Assembly: GCA_965215015.1 (NCBI GenBank)
Contig: OZ244042.1
Span: 5,280,001 to 5,344,000, forward strand
From: Candidatus Poribacteria bacterium
Lineage (GTDB): Bacteria; Poribacteria; WGA-4E; PCPOR2b
DNA: 64,000 nt
Direction of reading: 5' to 3'
Shown: positions 1-8,620 of the stretch, piece by piece
Position numbering within the stretch: position 1 is the first letter of the stretch
How the letters are laid out: each line of letters starts with the position of its first letter
Made by a program: the position numbers and the translations under genes
The notes under the pieces: generated by a model
The model's input: the letters and a program-made list of their open reading frames with translations, nothing else
What the model was told of the DNA's origin: nothing
The model's database searches: none

Positions 1-735
1 TGGCCCGCGGCGAAACTGCTGATTTATCCCGATGCACAGGATCCTTTGGATATATCATTCTACGGGGCGTGCTACTTTCCCTATCCGGGTCGGGATGAGC
101 TACATGCCATGGTCATTCCGGTTTTCCATCAAGCCACCGATCATGTCGATTTGCAGCTCGCCTTCAGTCGCGATGGTCTGATCTGGACGCGCCCGGAACG
201 CCGGGCGGCTGTTGAGTTGGGACCCGTGGGGAGCGGAGAAGAGGGACAGATCCATGTCTGGCGCAACGGTCTGGTGGAGCTTCCCGATGGCACCTGGGCG
301 GTGCCTTACAATGCACGCTCGACGCTGCACACTGTTCCGGAACAGCATCAAGGGGCAATCTTCCCGGCTGCTCAGCCATCGCAGAATAGGTGGGCCCGTT
401 GGCGTCCGCATCGGCTCTGTGGCGTTGAGGCGGCAGCCGAAGGACGATTCACGATTCCCACCGTATTTCGACAAGGGGATGAATTGCGCCTGAATTACCG
501 CTGTGCGCCCGGTGGATGGATCCGTGTTGAATTGCTGCAAAGGATACCTACTATGATGTGTCTGGATGCTAACCCCCTTGAAGGCTTCACTTTTGAGATG
601 TGTGACCTTCTGACAGGTGATCAGGAAGATCAGGTCGTTACTTGGCAGGGAAGCAGTGATATCACCGGCGTCGGTGAGATGGTTGCCATTCGTGTGAAGA
701 TGTTTCAGGCGAAACTATTCGCTTATAAGGTTTGA
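1..735 (+). CDS. C-terminal part of a hypothetical glycoside-hydrolase-like (beta-propeller) protein, truncated by the window start
   Basis: Frame is open from base 1 (WPAAKLLIYPD...). Contains the Asp-box-like QLAFSRDGLIWTR and a C-terminal beta-rich tail ending KLFAYKV. Confidence 0.55.
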   Translation, partial: WPAAKLLIYPDAQDPLDISFYGACYFPYPGRDELHAMVIPVFHQATDHVDLQLAFSRDGLIWTRPERRAAVELGPVGSGEEGQIHVWRNGLVELPDGTWAVPYNARSTLHTVPEQHQGAIFPAAQPSQNRWARWRPHRLCGVEAAAEGRFTIPTVFRQGDELRLNYRCAPGGWIRVELLQRIPTMMCLDANPLEGFTFEMCDLLTGDQEDQVVTWQGSSDITGVGEMVAIRVKMFQAKLFAYKV

Positions 736-946
736 GGATCTGTTAAAAGAAAGTGCAAAATGCGAAAAACGTGAAACGTGAGAACTATTGGTTCACTAAT
801 GTAGTCGTGTGCCGGGGCAGCCACAAGGTTCGGGTTCTGTGATTTTGGTTTCATAAAATCTCACAGAGCTGTGAATCCACGATGTAAGGATTCATAAAAT
901 CCGGCAACATCGGGCGTTGCCCCTACTTTTAGTTTAGGAGGATTAT

Positions 947-1912
947 GTGAAAGCTGCACAAATTGTTGCCCCGCGTCAGATTGAGATGGTCGATATTGAT
1001 AAACCTGATATTTCATCTGATCCGGAGGGATTTGTACTTATAAAGACTCATATGAACGCTATTTGTGGTACTGATATGCCATCATTTGCGTTTGAGCATC
1101 CAGCCGATGCCTATCCACTATCGCCCGGAATGACCATCCATGAATGTATCGGCGTGGTGGCTGCAAGCAAGTCGGATCGGTTTAAGGAAGGGGACGCGGT
1201 GCTTGCGCTGCCGGGTCGTATCGGTGGACTTGCGGAATACTTCGTTTCCCATGAAGCCGTTACAGTTCCGTTGGTGGAATTTGAACGCAAGGATTGTATC
1301 CTGATGTCTCAGCCGCTCGGCACGGTGATTTGGGCATGTAGCAAGCTAGGGAATCTGCTCAATCAGGATGTAGTTGTGATGGGGCAGGGACCGATGGGAT
1401 TGTTGTTCACGCATTTGTTGAGTAACTTGGGGGCGAAAACGGTCATTACAACGGATCTCGTTGATTTTCGTCTGGAGGTCTCCAAGCAGATGCAGGCGAC
1501 GCATACGATTAACTCCGCTGAAGTGGATACGGTCGCTGCTGTTGAGCAGATTACGGATGGCAGGATGGCAGATCTGGTTGTCGAAGTGGTAGGACATCAG
1601 ACAGAGACAATCAATCAGTGCATGGATCTCGTCAAGCGTGATGGGACGATTCTGGCGTTCGGTGTGCCTGATGATCCGACCTATGCTTTCCGTTTCGGCG
1701 ATTTTTTCAGAAAGAACCTCCGCTTCATCGGATCCGTGGGTCCCGATGCACAGAATAATTTCCCGTTGGCAATGGATATGATTGCACAGGGACGAATTGA
1801 TGTTTCACCCATGATCACCCACCGTCTACCGTTTACTGAGGTGCAGCGCGGGTTTGAGTTATCTTTGCATAAGAAGGATGAGGCTATCAAGATTGTGCTG
1901 GAGTATGATTGA
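947..1912 (+). CDS. Zinc-binding medium-chain dehydrogenase (sorbitol/threonine dehydrogenase-like)
   Basis: ICGTD, IHECIG and GQGPMG Rossmann motifs, ends IKIVL; AGGAGG RBS upstream of the GTG start. Confidence 0.9.
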   Translation: MKAAQIVAPRQIEMVDIDKPDISSDPEGFVLIKTHMNAICGTDMPSFAFEHPADAYPLSPGMTIHECIGVVAASKSDRFKEGDAVLALPGRIGGLAEYFVSHEAVTVPLVEFERKDCILMSQPLGTVIWACSKLGNLLNQDVVVMGQGPMGLLFTHLLSNLGAKTVITTDLVDFRLEVSKQMQATHTINSAEVDTVAAVEQITDGRMADLVVEVVGHQTETINQCMDLVKRDGTILAFGVPDDPTYAFRFGDFFRKNLRFIGSVGPDAQNNFPLAMDMIAQGRIDVSPMITHRLPFTEVQRGFELSLHKKDEAIKIVLEYD

Positions 1913-2016
1913 TAGGGGCTAGCCTTTATAGACTTGTTGCCCTGATGAGGCTTTAGGGGTTTGGGTGCGCGGTGTGCATCCTACAGGAGGGTATCGGTAG
2001 TAGGTTGCGTTAAGGA

Positions 2017-3066
2017 TTAGAGAGGCAATTCTACGAGGCGTCCTTCTTGGCTGGATTTGTAGATGGCGAGGATAATCTCAACGGCTTTGCGGCCTTCACG
2101 TCCATTGACGAGATGTGGCGTCCCGTTTTCGATGGCGTTGATGAAGTTTTGCATTTGCAGCCGGTGATTCTCGTGGGTGATTGCGCGGGGATCTGCGGCG
2201 CCACCCCCGCCCGACCGTGTCTCTGCGAACCTCTCACGAATTTTGGCATCTTCGGGCAGATCCGGATCGAACTCCCACCTGATAATGTCTTCATCTTCGA
2301 GGGTAACAGTGCCTTTACTGCCGGAGATTTCGAGTTTCTTTAGGAGGCCGGGGTAGACGGTTGTGGTGCCTTCAATCACGCCCAACGCCCCGTTCTCAAA
2401 ACGGAGTGCCGCAACGGCGACATCTTCAACCTCAATGCGTTTATGGGTCATTGTGTCGGTAAAGGCTTGCACGGCTTTTACGGGGCCCATGAAGTACTGG
2501 AGAAGATCTATTGCATGAATTGATTGGTTCATCAACGCGCCGCCTCCGTCGAGTGCCCACGTACCCCGCCATCCGCCGCTGTCGTAATACTCCTGTGTAC
2601 GAAACCACTTGATGTAAGCATCACCGAGAGTAAGCACCCCGAAACGGCCGCTATCGATGGTTCGCTTGACTAGCTGGCTGCCTTCGGTAAAGCGCGAGTT
2701 AAAGATTGCACATAGACGTACCCCCGCCTCGTCACACGCTTGAATGATGTCATCGCAGCGGTCTAGGGTAATCTCAAGCGGCTTTTCGACGATGATGTGC
2801 TTCCTCGCTTTGGCTGCGGCAACCGCTGGATCCCGATGCGCTCCGCTGGGTGTACAGATGCAAACGACATCCAAATCGGGACGCTTGAGCATTTCATTGT
2901 AGTCGGGATACGAATCGACATTGTAGCGGTCTGCCACTCGTCTTGCGTTTTCTTCGTTCCTTGAACTGACAGCGACCAGTTTTCCGCCCTCAAGTTCCGC
3001 AATCGCCGCCGAGTGGAAATCGGAGATCATGCCGCAGCCGATAATTCCAAATCCGTAGGTTTTCAT
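2017..3066 (-). CDS. Gfo/Idh/MocA family oxidoreductase
   Basis: GIIGCGMI, CTPSGAH, VEKP and WRGTWALDGGGALMNQSIHAID motifs. Confidence 0.93.
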   Translation of the reverse strand: MKTYGFGIIGCGMISDFHSAAIAELEGGKLVAVSSRNEENARRVADRYNVDSYPDYNEMLKRPDLDVVCICTPSGAHRDPAVAAAKARKHIIVEKPLEITLDRCDDIIQACDEAGVRLCAIFNSRFTEGSQLVKRTIDSGRFGVLTLGDAYIKWFRTQEYYDSGGWRGTWALDGGGALMNQSIHAIDLLQYFMGPVKAVQAFTDTMTHKRIEVEDVAVAALRFENGALGVIEGTTTVYPGLLKKLEISGSKGTVTLEDEDIIRWEFDPDLPEDAKIRERFAETRSGGGGAADPRAITHENHRLQMQNFINAIENGTPHLVNGREGRKAVEIILAIYKSSQEGRLVELPL

Positions 3067-3112
3067 AAGTGAGTAAAGCCTCCATCCGATGAGGTTGAAT
3101 TATGACGTCGCC

Positions 3113-3141
3113 ATTATATATCGGCGTTGGATATGTGTCAA
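3113..3141 (-). promoter_or_regulatory. Sigma70 promoter for the Gfo/Idh/MocA gene
   Basis: Minus strand reads TTGACA-17 bp-TATAAT (perfect consensus), about 47 bp upstream of the ATG. Confidence 0.8.
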
Positions 3142-3236
3142 GTTCAAAGACCGTCATTTTTTGATAGTATTCCTCACCCAATTTGTGCTAACATCCTTTC
3201 CACATATTTGATGTGAGAGGTTGCTGGAGGTTGTGC

Positions 3237-4457
3237 ATGAACGAAACAATCCAACATGCTCGCGAAGTGGCGTTAGATATTTTGAAACCGAGTCCACGCC
3301 AGATAGAGCACGGTATGGAACTCCATCAGAACTCGCTTGTCTGTGATTCATACGGGTTTGCACCGCGTGCGGCTGTTGATGGGGAGGCTGTGGCAGCCGC
3401 TATTGATGACGGTGCGTCGGATGTTGAGGTCCGGGACATGATGGAAGACATGTCGATGACTCGATTTGTCACCGATGAGCGGGAGAAGCGGGAGTTTATG
3501 GCGGCGTGGGAGGCTGCAGGGGTAACTTGTATCGTGCAGAACGCGGGGGAGGAAGGGCAGTCGGCATTGCGTCTCGTCAAGCGTTTGGCACGTTTTACCT
3601 ACACTACAGACATGATGCGTGACTTTATCCAGAAAGCAGTTACACCAGATGATATAGTTGCTGCCAAGGAGCGGAATAGGCACTGTCTATATTTTAGTGG
3701 AAACGGTGTTCCCTTGCCTCAAGACTGGGTTTCGGTTGAGGAGGAATTACGGTATATCCGTATCTTTTTCCAACTCGGTATCCGTATCATGCACCTCACT
3801 TATAATCGGCGTAACATGATCGGTGATGGTTGTGCGGAACCGGCGAACGGGGGGTTAAGCGACTTCGGTAGGGCGGTTGTTGCGGAGATGAATCGCGTGG
3901 GTGTGATTGTGGATGTGGCGCATTCCGGCTGGCAAACGAGTCTTGAAGCGGCGCAAGCGTCCGAGCGTCCGATGGTAGCAAGCCATTCCGGGTGTTGTGC
4001 GGTGAATATACATGATCGCTGCAAACCGGACGAGGTCATCCGTGCGATTGTGGACACCGACGGTTATATCGGGATCTGTGCGATTCCGGCGTTTTTGGGT
4101 GGACGCGGCGACATCAACGCGATGCTAGCGCATGTCGATTATGTCGCCAAGAATTTCGGTGTAGACCATGTTACGATTGGAACGGATGTGGCTTACGCCT
4201 CTTCAGCAACCCAACAAGCGCAGCAGCGGATTCCGAAACGGCGTTCAGGACGGAAACGGTGGGAGTATTTCTGGGACAAGAATGATCCGATGTTTTCGCC
4301 ACAGTGGCAGCAGACGGATCAGAAGTTGAGTTTGGCATGGACCAATTGGCCAGTCTTTACGATCGGTCTTGTTCAGCGTGGGTATTCGGATAGCGAGATC
4401 CAGAAGATTCTTGGCGGCAATATGCTTCGCGTTGCACGTGCTGTTTTGGCGGATTGA
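3237..4457 (+). CDS. Membrane/renal dipeptidase (peptidase M19) family protein
   Basis: HLTYNRRN, GLSDFGRAVVAEMNRVGVIVDVAHS, ASHS, IGTD and KILGGNMLRV motifs; GGAGG RBS before ATG 3237. Confidence 0.9.
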   Translation: MNETIQHAREVALDILKPSPRQIEHGMELHQNSLVCDSYGFAPRAAVDGEAVAAAIDDGASDVEVRDMMEDMSMTRFVTDEREKREFMAAWEAAGVTCIVQNAGEEGQSALRLVKRLARFTYTTDMMRDFIQKAVTPDDIVAAKERNRHCLYFSGNGVPLPQDWVSVEEELRYIRIFFQLGIRIMHLTYNRRNMIGDGCAEPANGGLSDFGRAVVAEMNRVGVIVDVAHSGWQTSLEAAQASERPMVASHSGCCAVNIHDRCKPDEVIRAIVDTDGYIGICAIPAFLGGRGDINAMLAHVDYVAKNFGVDHVTIGTDVAYASSATQQAQQRIPKRRSGRKRWEYFWDKNDPMFSPQWQQTDQKLSLAWTNWPVFTIGLVQRGYSDSEIQKILGGNMLRVARAVLAD

Positions 4458-4636
4458 TTGCGTGGAGGGTATACCTTATCAGAGTCTTCCGCTTTGGGGA
4501 CGCAAGGCGGGTGATTTAGGGTTTGCTGATTTTGTCAAGAGGTGGGTGTATATTGGTAAAGAGAAGGGCGTCAAAATAACATTCCTTTTCTTCTCGCCGT
4601 GATTGTCCTCCTGCGACGGGGAGAAGCAGTCCTAAG

Positions 4637-4885
4637 CCCCCTAACCCCTGCTAGCCGGGGGGAAGACGTGCAATGAATTGCACTACTACAAACTCACGCC
4701 CCGGTCTATACCCGCGCAATCTGGGCGGGATGATTCTACAGATTGTTAGGTGAAACCTAAAAGCCACGCGCAATGAACGCGCTACTACGAACAGGAGGAA
4801 AAGGAGGCGTGCCCCCACCGCTAAGATAAGAACCCCCTAGCCCCCCGCAAGCGGTGGGGAATTTGCAGGTGGGGGGACAATCCGT
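4637..4885. repeat. Mosaic REP-like repeat cluster
   Basis: Contains modules CCCCCTA(A/G)CCCCC.GCAAGC.GGGGG, GACGTGCAATGAATTGCACTACTACAAAC and AGGAGGAAAAGGAGGCGTGCCCC, which recur at 21.4, 28.7, 34.8 and 58.9 kb. Confidence 0.9.
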
Positions 4886-5050
4886 GGCAAGTGGTATCCC
4901 TTTAGTCAGACGGGTTCGGCTTGTGGTTTTGTTAATGAGGTGCTGAATCTGTGTGACGGGACATGGCAGTGTCCCAGCTGCGATACACAGTTAGATAGAG
5001 ATTGCACCGCCGGGGTCAATATCTTTAGGGTGGGGGCGTCCCCTCTCAGG
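4883..5050 (+). pseudogene. tnpB: tnpB 3' remnant (zinc ribbon and RuvC-III region)
   Basis: Translates RGKWYPFSQTGSACGFVNEVLNLCDGTWQCPSCDTQLDRDCTAGVNIFRVGASPL, matching the TnpB consensus wyPSSktCs.CG...L.L.dR.W.Cp.C....DRD.NAa.NI; no N-terminal part. Confidence 0.85.
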
Positions 5051-5183
5051 AGAAGGGGTAAACCCATCTTCGGATGGTCCACTTTGACGGCTGTTAGGCC
5101 ATACCTAACAGACAGGATAGAGCAATTCCACTCCTAAAGGATTAGGTAAGGGCCCCAATTCTTTAGGAGTGGGAGTACGTCAA
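5026..5183 (+). mobile_element. IS200/IS605 right end / omegaRNA region of a decayed tnpB element
   Basis: Directly follows the tnpB remnant; hairpins CTGTTAGG/CCTAACAG and CACTCCTAAAG/CTTTAGGAGTG; ends GGGAGTACGTCAA, a TCAA-type right end. Confidence 0.75.
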
Positions 5184-5216
5184 CAGGGAATTCTTGCATA
5201 TAGGTTGGAGATATGA

Positions 5217-5564
5217 TTGATTATGTTCGGAAGGACGCCTAAGACATTTCGATTTCTACGTTTTCTTTACCACCTACCAAGTTTCGTGAAACTGACGTGG
5301 CGGCTGTTTTGGGATGCGCGTGTTCCAATTTACCGGAAAGCGATTCTCATAATCTTTGAGGTGCTTGCGATCGCATTTGCGGTGTTTTATTTTCTCGTTC
5401 TGCGTTTAGATTTTCTCCCTGATATCTTCCCGATTCTCGGATATACCGACGACCTACTTATCGGTATATTCCTGATTCTCGTCCCCGGTGCGTGGCTATT
5501 CATCAAATTTGCCCCAGAGCATATCGTGCAGGAGCATGTTGATCAGATCTCAAAGGGGCAGTGA
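5217..5564 (+). CDS. DUF1232/YkvA family small membrane protein
   Basis: DARVPIYRK and LDFLPDIFPILGYTDDL motifs. Confidence 0.85.
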   Translation: MIMFGRTPKTFRFLRFLYHLPSFVKLTWRLFWDARVPIYRKAILIIFEVLAIAFAVFYFLVLRLDFLPDIFPILGYTDDLLIGIFLILVPGAWLFIKFAPEHIVQEHVDQISKGQ

Positions 5565-5584
5565 GGGGTATAGGTGATAAATTA

Positions 5585-6271
5585 CTAGCAAATAGCTTGT
5601 GCGTGTTCCATTAGTCGTTCTAGCTTCCGCCGGTCACGAACCCCTTTCGACGCTTCAACCCCCGAACAGAGATCGACGCCGTAAGGACGGACGGTTTCAA
5701 TCGCTGTTCTGACATTGTCAGGCTGGATCCCGCCGGACAGGAATGCTGGCACCTTACAGGCTTGGATAAGCTGTGTGCTTAGATTCCAATCGCTCCGCTT
5801 GCCGGTGCCGCCGAATCGGACTTTTCCGTTATTGAATTCTGCGGTGTCGAACAGCAGAGCGTCTGCGCCTGCGTCGATGTACGCCTCCATCTGCGCGAAG
5901 ATAGCCTTTTCATCTGCTCCCGGCTCGTTTTCGGTGGGTAGAAACAGTGACTTCCAAACCTTGCAGGATACGGTTCCCTTGAGTTTTGTTACTTCAGCGG
6001 GGGGTTCGTGTCCGAGCAGCTGGATTGCGAACGGCTTAATCTTCGCTGCTGCCTCGATGACCCAGTCTGTTGGGCGGTCAAACACAAGGATAACGGTCGG
6101 GATTGGTGTTTGTTGTGCGATTTCTACGGCGGAATTGATGGGAACGGATCGCTCAGAGAAAGGTACTTCGACGACGACGCCCGAATAATCAGCTCCGGCG
6201 TCTGCTGCCATTCGTGCATCGGCGATGCTTGTTGTCCCGCAAATCTTAATCTTGCAGCGGTTGAAAGTCAT
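5585..6271 (-). CDS. trpF: Phosphoribosylanthranilate isomerase
   Basis: KIKICGTT, GADYSG, LLFDT, GGTG, LSGGIQPDNV and GVDLCSGVE motifs. Confidence 0.92.
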   Translation of the reverse strand: MTFNRCKIKICGTTSIADARMAADAGADYSGVVVEVPFSERSVPINSAVEIAQQTPIPTVILVFDRPTDWVIEAAAKIKPFAIQLLGHEPPAEVTKLKGTVSCKVWKSLFLPTENEPGADEKAIFAQMEAYIDAGADALLFDTAEFNNGKVRFGGTGKRSDWNLSTQLIQACKVPAFLSGGIQPDNVRTAIETVRPYGVDLCSGVEASKGVRDRRKLERLMEHAQAIC

Positions 6272-6305
6272 AAGCGTCTGTCCGGAATTGGGGGAAGGGT
6301 CTATG

Positions 6306-6674
6306 CTATTCGTCCTCGACGAAAACGGTTTGCCGGTCGGCGGCGGAATAGCAGATAATCATCATGACGGGTTGCCAGCCGGTGTTGACAGCGTTGTGTT
6401 TCACGCCTTGCGGAATGCGTAACATCGTTCCCTCTTTCAACGGGATCACTTCGTCGCCGAGTTGGTGGTCGCATTGTCCCGAAAGCACGTAAATCAGTTC
6501 CTCGCAGTTCGGGTGGTAGTGGAGTGGGTTGCCCTCGCCGGCATTGAGGTAAACAAGTCCGAAGGTCATTTCCGCTTCTGGATCGATTTGGTCGTTGCAG
6601 AGCCACTTAATGGCACCCCAAGGGAATTGAAGTGCTTTGCCTTCGTTGGCGTTGGTAATTGTTGCCGAGCTCAT
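6306..6674 (-). CDS. Cupin domain protein
   Basis: HYHPNCEELIYVLSG and IPQGVKHNAVNTG cupin motifs; AGGAGG RBS. Confidence 0.9.
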   Translation of the reverse strand: MSSATITNANEGKALQFPWGAIKWLCNDQIDPEAEMTFGLVYLNAGEGNPLHYHPNCEELIYVLSGQCDHQLGDEVIPLKEGTMLRIPQGVKHNAVNTGWQPVMMIICYSAADRQTVFVEDE

Positions 6675-6684
6675 GATGCCTCCT

Positions 6685-7281
6685 TGTCTGAATCAAGATG
6701 CTCAGGATTGAAGGATTTGCAGGATATAAACCGTGAACCGTGATGTGTAATACGTAAGGATAAACGGAACGGAGATTTCTGTTTCCTACGAATATATCTC
6801 TCGCGCTATCAAATGTCAACAGGGGCTAGCAAGTTCTGTCTGAATCAAGATGCTCAGGATTCAAGGATTTGCAGGATATAAACCGTGAACCGTGATGCGT
6901 AATACGTAAGGATAAACGGAACGGAGATTTCTGTTGCCTACGAATATATCTCTCGCGCTATCAAATGTCAACAGGACCTAGCAAGTTCTGTCTGAATCAA
7001 GATGCTCAGGATTCAAGGATTTGCAGGATGTAAACCGTGAACCGTAATACGTAAGGATAAACGGAACGGAGATTTCTGTTTCCTACGAATATATCTCTCG
7101 CGCTGTCAAATGTCAACAGGGGCTAGCAAGTTCTGTCTGAATCAAGATGCTCAGGATTCAAGGATTTGCAGGATATAAACCGTGAACCGTGATGTGTAAT
7201 ACGTAAGGATAAACGGAACGGAGATTTCTGTTTCCTACGAATATATCTCTCGCGCTGTCAAATGTCAACAGGGGCTAGCAA
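6685..7281. repeat. Tandem repeat: 4 copies of a ~152-bp unit (third copy 145 bp)
   Basis: Units begin TGTCTGAATCAAGATGCTCAGGATT at 6685, 6837, 6989 and 7134; copies are near-identical with no unique spacers. Confidence 0.95.
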
Positions 7282-7287
7282 CTTCGG

Positions 7288-8037
7288 TTAGATTCCTAAA
7301 GTTTGGCGCATGTATTGACAGCTCATGGTGACGCTTTCTTTCGTCGTTTTGTCCGTCCGATCCTGTTCGACCGTGAGCCACTCTGCTTCGATTTCGCTGA
7401 CGGCTTCCATGATGCCCTCCCAATCGAGAACCCCGTGTCCAACTTCTCCAAAGGAGCCATCGGGATTCATGTCCTTGAAGTGGAGATAGGCAACCCGATC
7501 GGCATATTGCTTCAGGAAGGCGGCGGGGTCTTCGTCCCCGTGCTTGACCCAATAGGTGTCCACACAGGCGTGAACGAGTTTCGGATCGGTTGACTCATAA
7601 AGCGTGGCGAGTCCTGTCGTTCCGCCGAGATCTTTAAATTCCCAACTGTGATTGTGGTAGCAGAACTTGATTCCTGCGTCATTACAGCGACGTCCAACCT
7701 CGTTGAAGACTTCTGCTGAACGTTGGTAATCTTCAAGCGTATCCTGTCCACCGACGCCGGAGACCATTAGGTAACTGGATCCCATCGTTTCGGTGAATCG
7801 AATCGTTTCATCGAACTGTTCGAGGCTGCCGTAGCCTGTATGGACACCTGCGAGCTCTAAGTTGTGTGATGCTAGTAGTGCCTTTGTTTCTTTAGGGGAG
7901 CGGTCGCCTGCGTGGAGATTTCCGGCTTCTATTCCGTCGTAGCCTGCCGCTGCCAGCTCGGCGAGGACGCCGGGGAGGTCGGTGTCCTGGCGGGAGCCGT
8001 AGATAATTAAGGCACAACCGATTTTGTATTTGCTCAT
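7288..8037 (-). CDS. Sugar phosphate isomerase/epimerase (IolE/xylose-isomerase-like TIM barrel)
   Basis: GYDGIE, CYHNHSWEF, DTYW, HFKD and VEQD motifs; MSKYKIG start chosen. Confidence 0.88.
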   Translation of the reverse strand: MSKYKIGCALIIYGSRQDTDLPGVLAELAAAGYDGIEAGNLHAGDRSPKETKALLASHNLELAGVHTGYGSLEQFDETIRFTETMGSSYLMVSGVGGQDTLEDYQRSAEVFNEVGRRCNDAGIKFCYHNHSWEFKDLGGTTGLATLYESTDPKLVHACVDTYWVKHGDEDPAAFLKQYADRVAYLHFKDMNPDGSFGEVGHGVLDWEGIMEAVSEIEAEWLTVEQDRTDKTTKESVTMSCQYMRQTLGI

Positions 8038-8309
8038 GGTCGATCTCCGGGAGTTATAAGGATTTGGGTGGGGAGATTCTATAGACATACCACCCCGGTG
8101 GGACTCATAATACGCAATGCGTAATAGGGAAGCAGAAACGGAACGTAGATTTGCGTTCCTTACAAATCACACTCATTGTTTGGTTGCGAGTGTTGGATTT
8201 CACTCTTGTTATCTGTACGAACGTGGTGTTAAAAGACAAAAATTCTACTTTCTTTGATAGCAAAGTGCCTTCAGTCGTTCAACCCAACTTACGTCAGGAT
8301 TAACAGGAG

Positions 8310-8585
8310 ATGGGTTCATTGGTTCATAATACGTCAGAAGATAGGTTGCTTGCAAAACTAAAAAGGCTCGTGGATCGAACGAGTGAGCAGCTGCAATGGG
8401 GCAACTTAACCGTTTGGGAAGCTTGTGAACGGATACGACAGACACGCGCGCAAGCAGAAGCACTGATACCGGATCAGATGGAATTGTATCAGCGTATCTA
8501 TGGGGCACGGTTTCAACGCTTGCTTGAACAGTTTGTCCTACCAAGACAATCTCAATCACAATACAATTGGCACAAGCCATACTGA
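8310..8585 (+). CDS. Hypothetical helical protein, 91 aa
   Basis: AGGAG immediately upstream; fills the gap between neighbouring genes; LKRLVD...YQRIYGARFQRLLEQF looks like a real helical protein. Confidence 0.7.
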   Translation: MGSLVHNTSEDRLLAKLKRLVDRTSEQLQWGNLTVWEACERIRQTRAQAEALIPDQMELYQRIYGARFQRLLEQFVLPRQSQSQYNWHKPY

Positions 8586-8620
8586 TTGACTTGACCTTTG
8601 TAGCAGGTGATGTATAGCAG

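Noticed and set aside
6685-7281. Possible CRISPR or ncRNA array
   Set aside because: Whole 152-bp units are repeated with no unique spacers.
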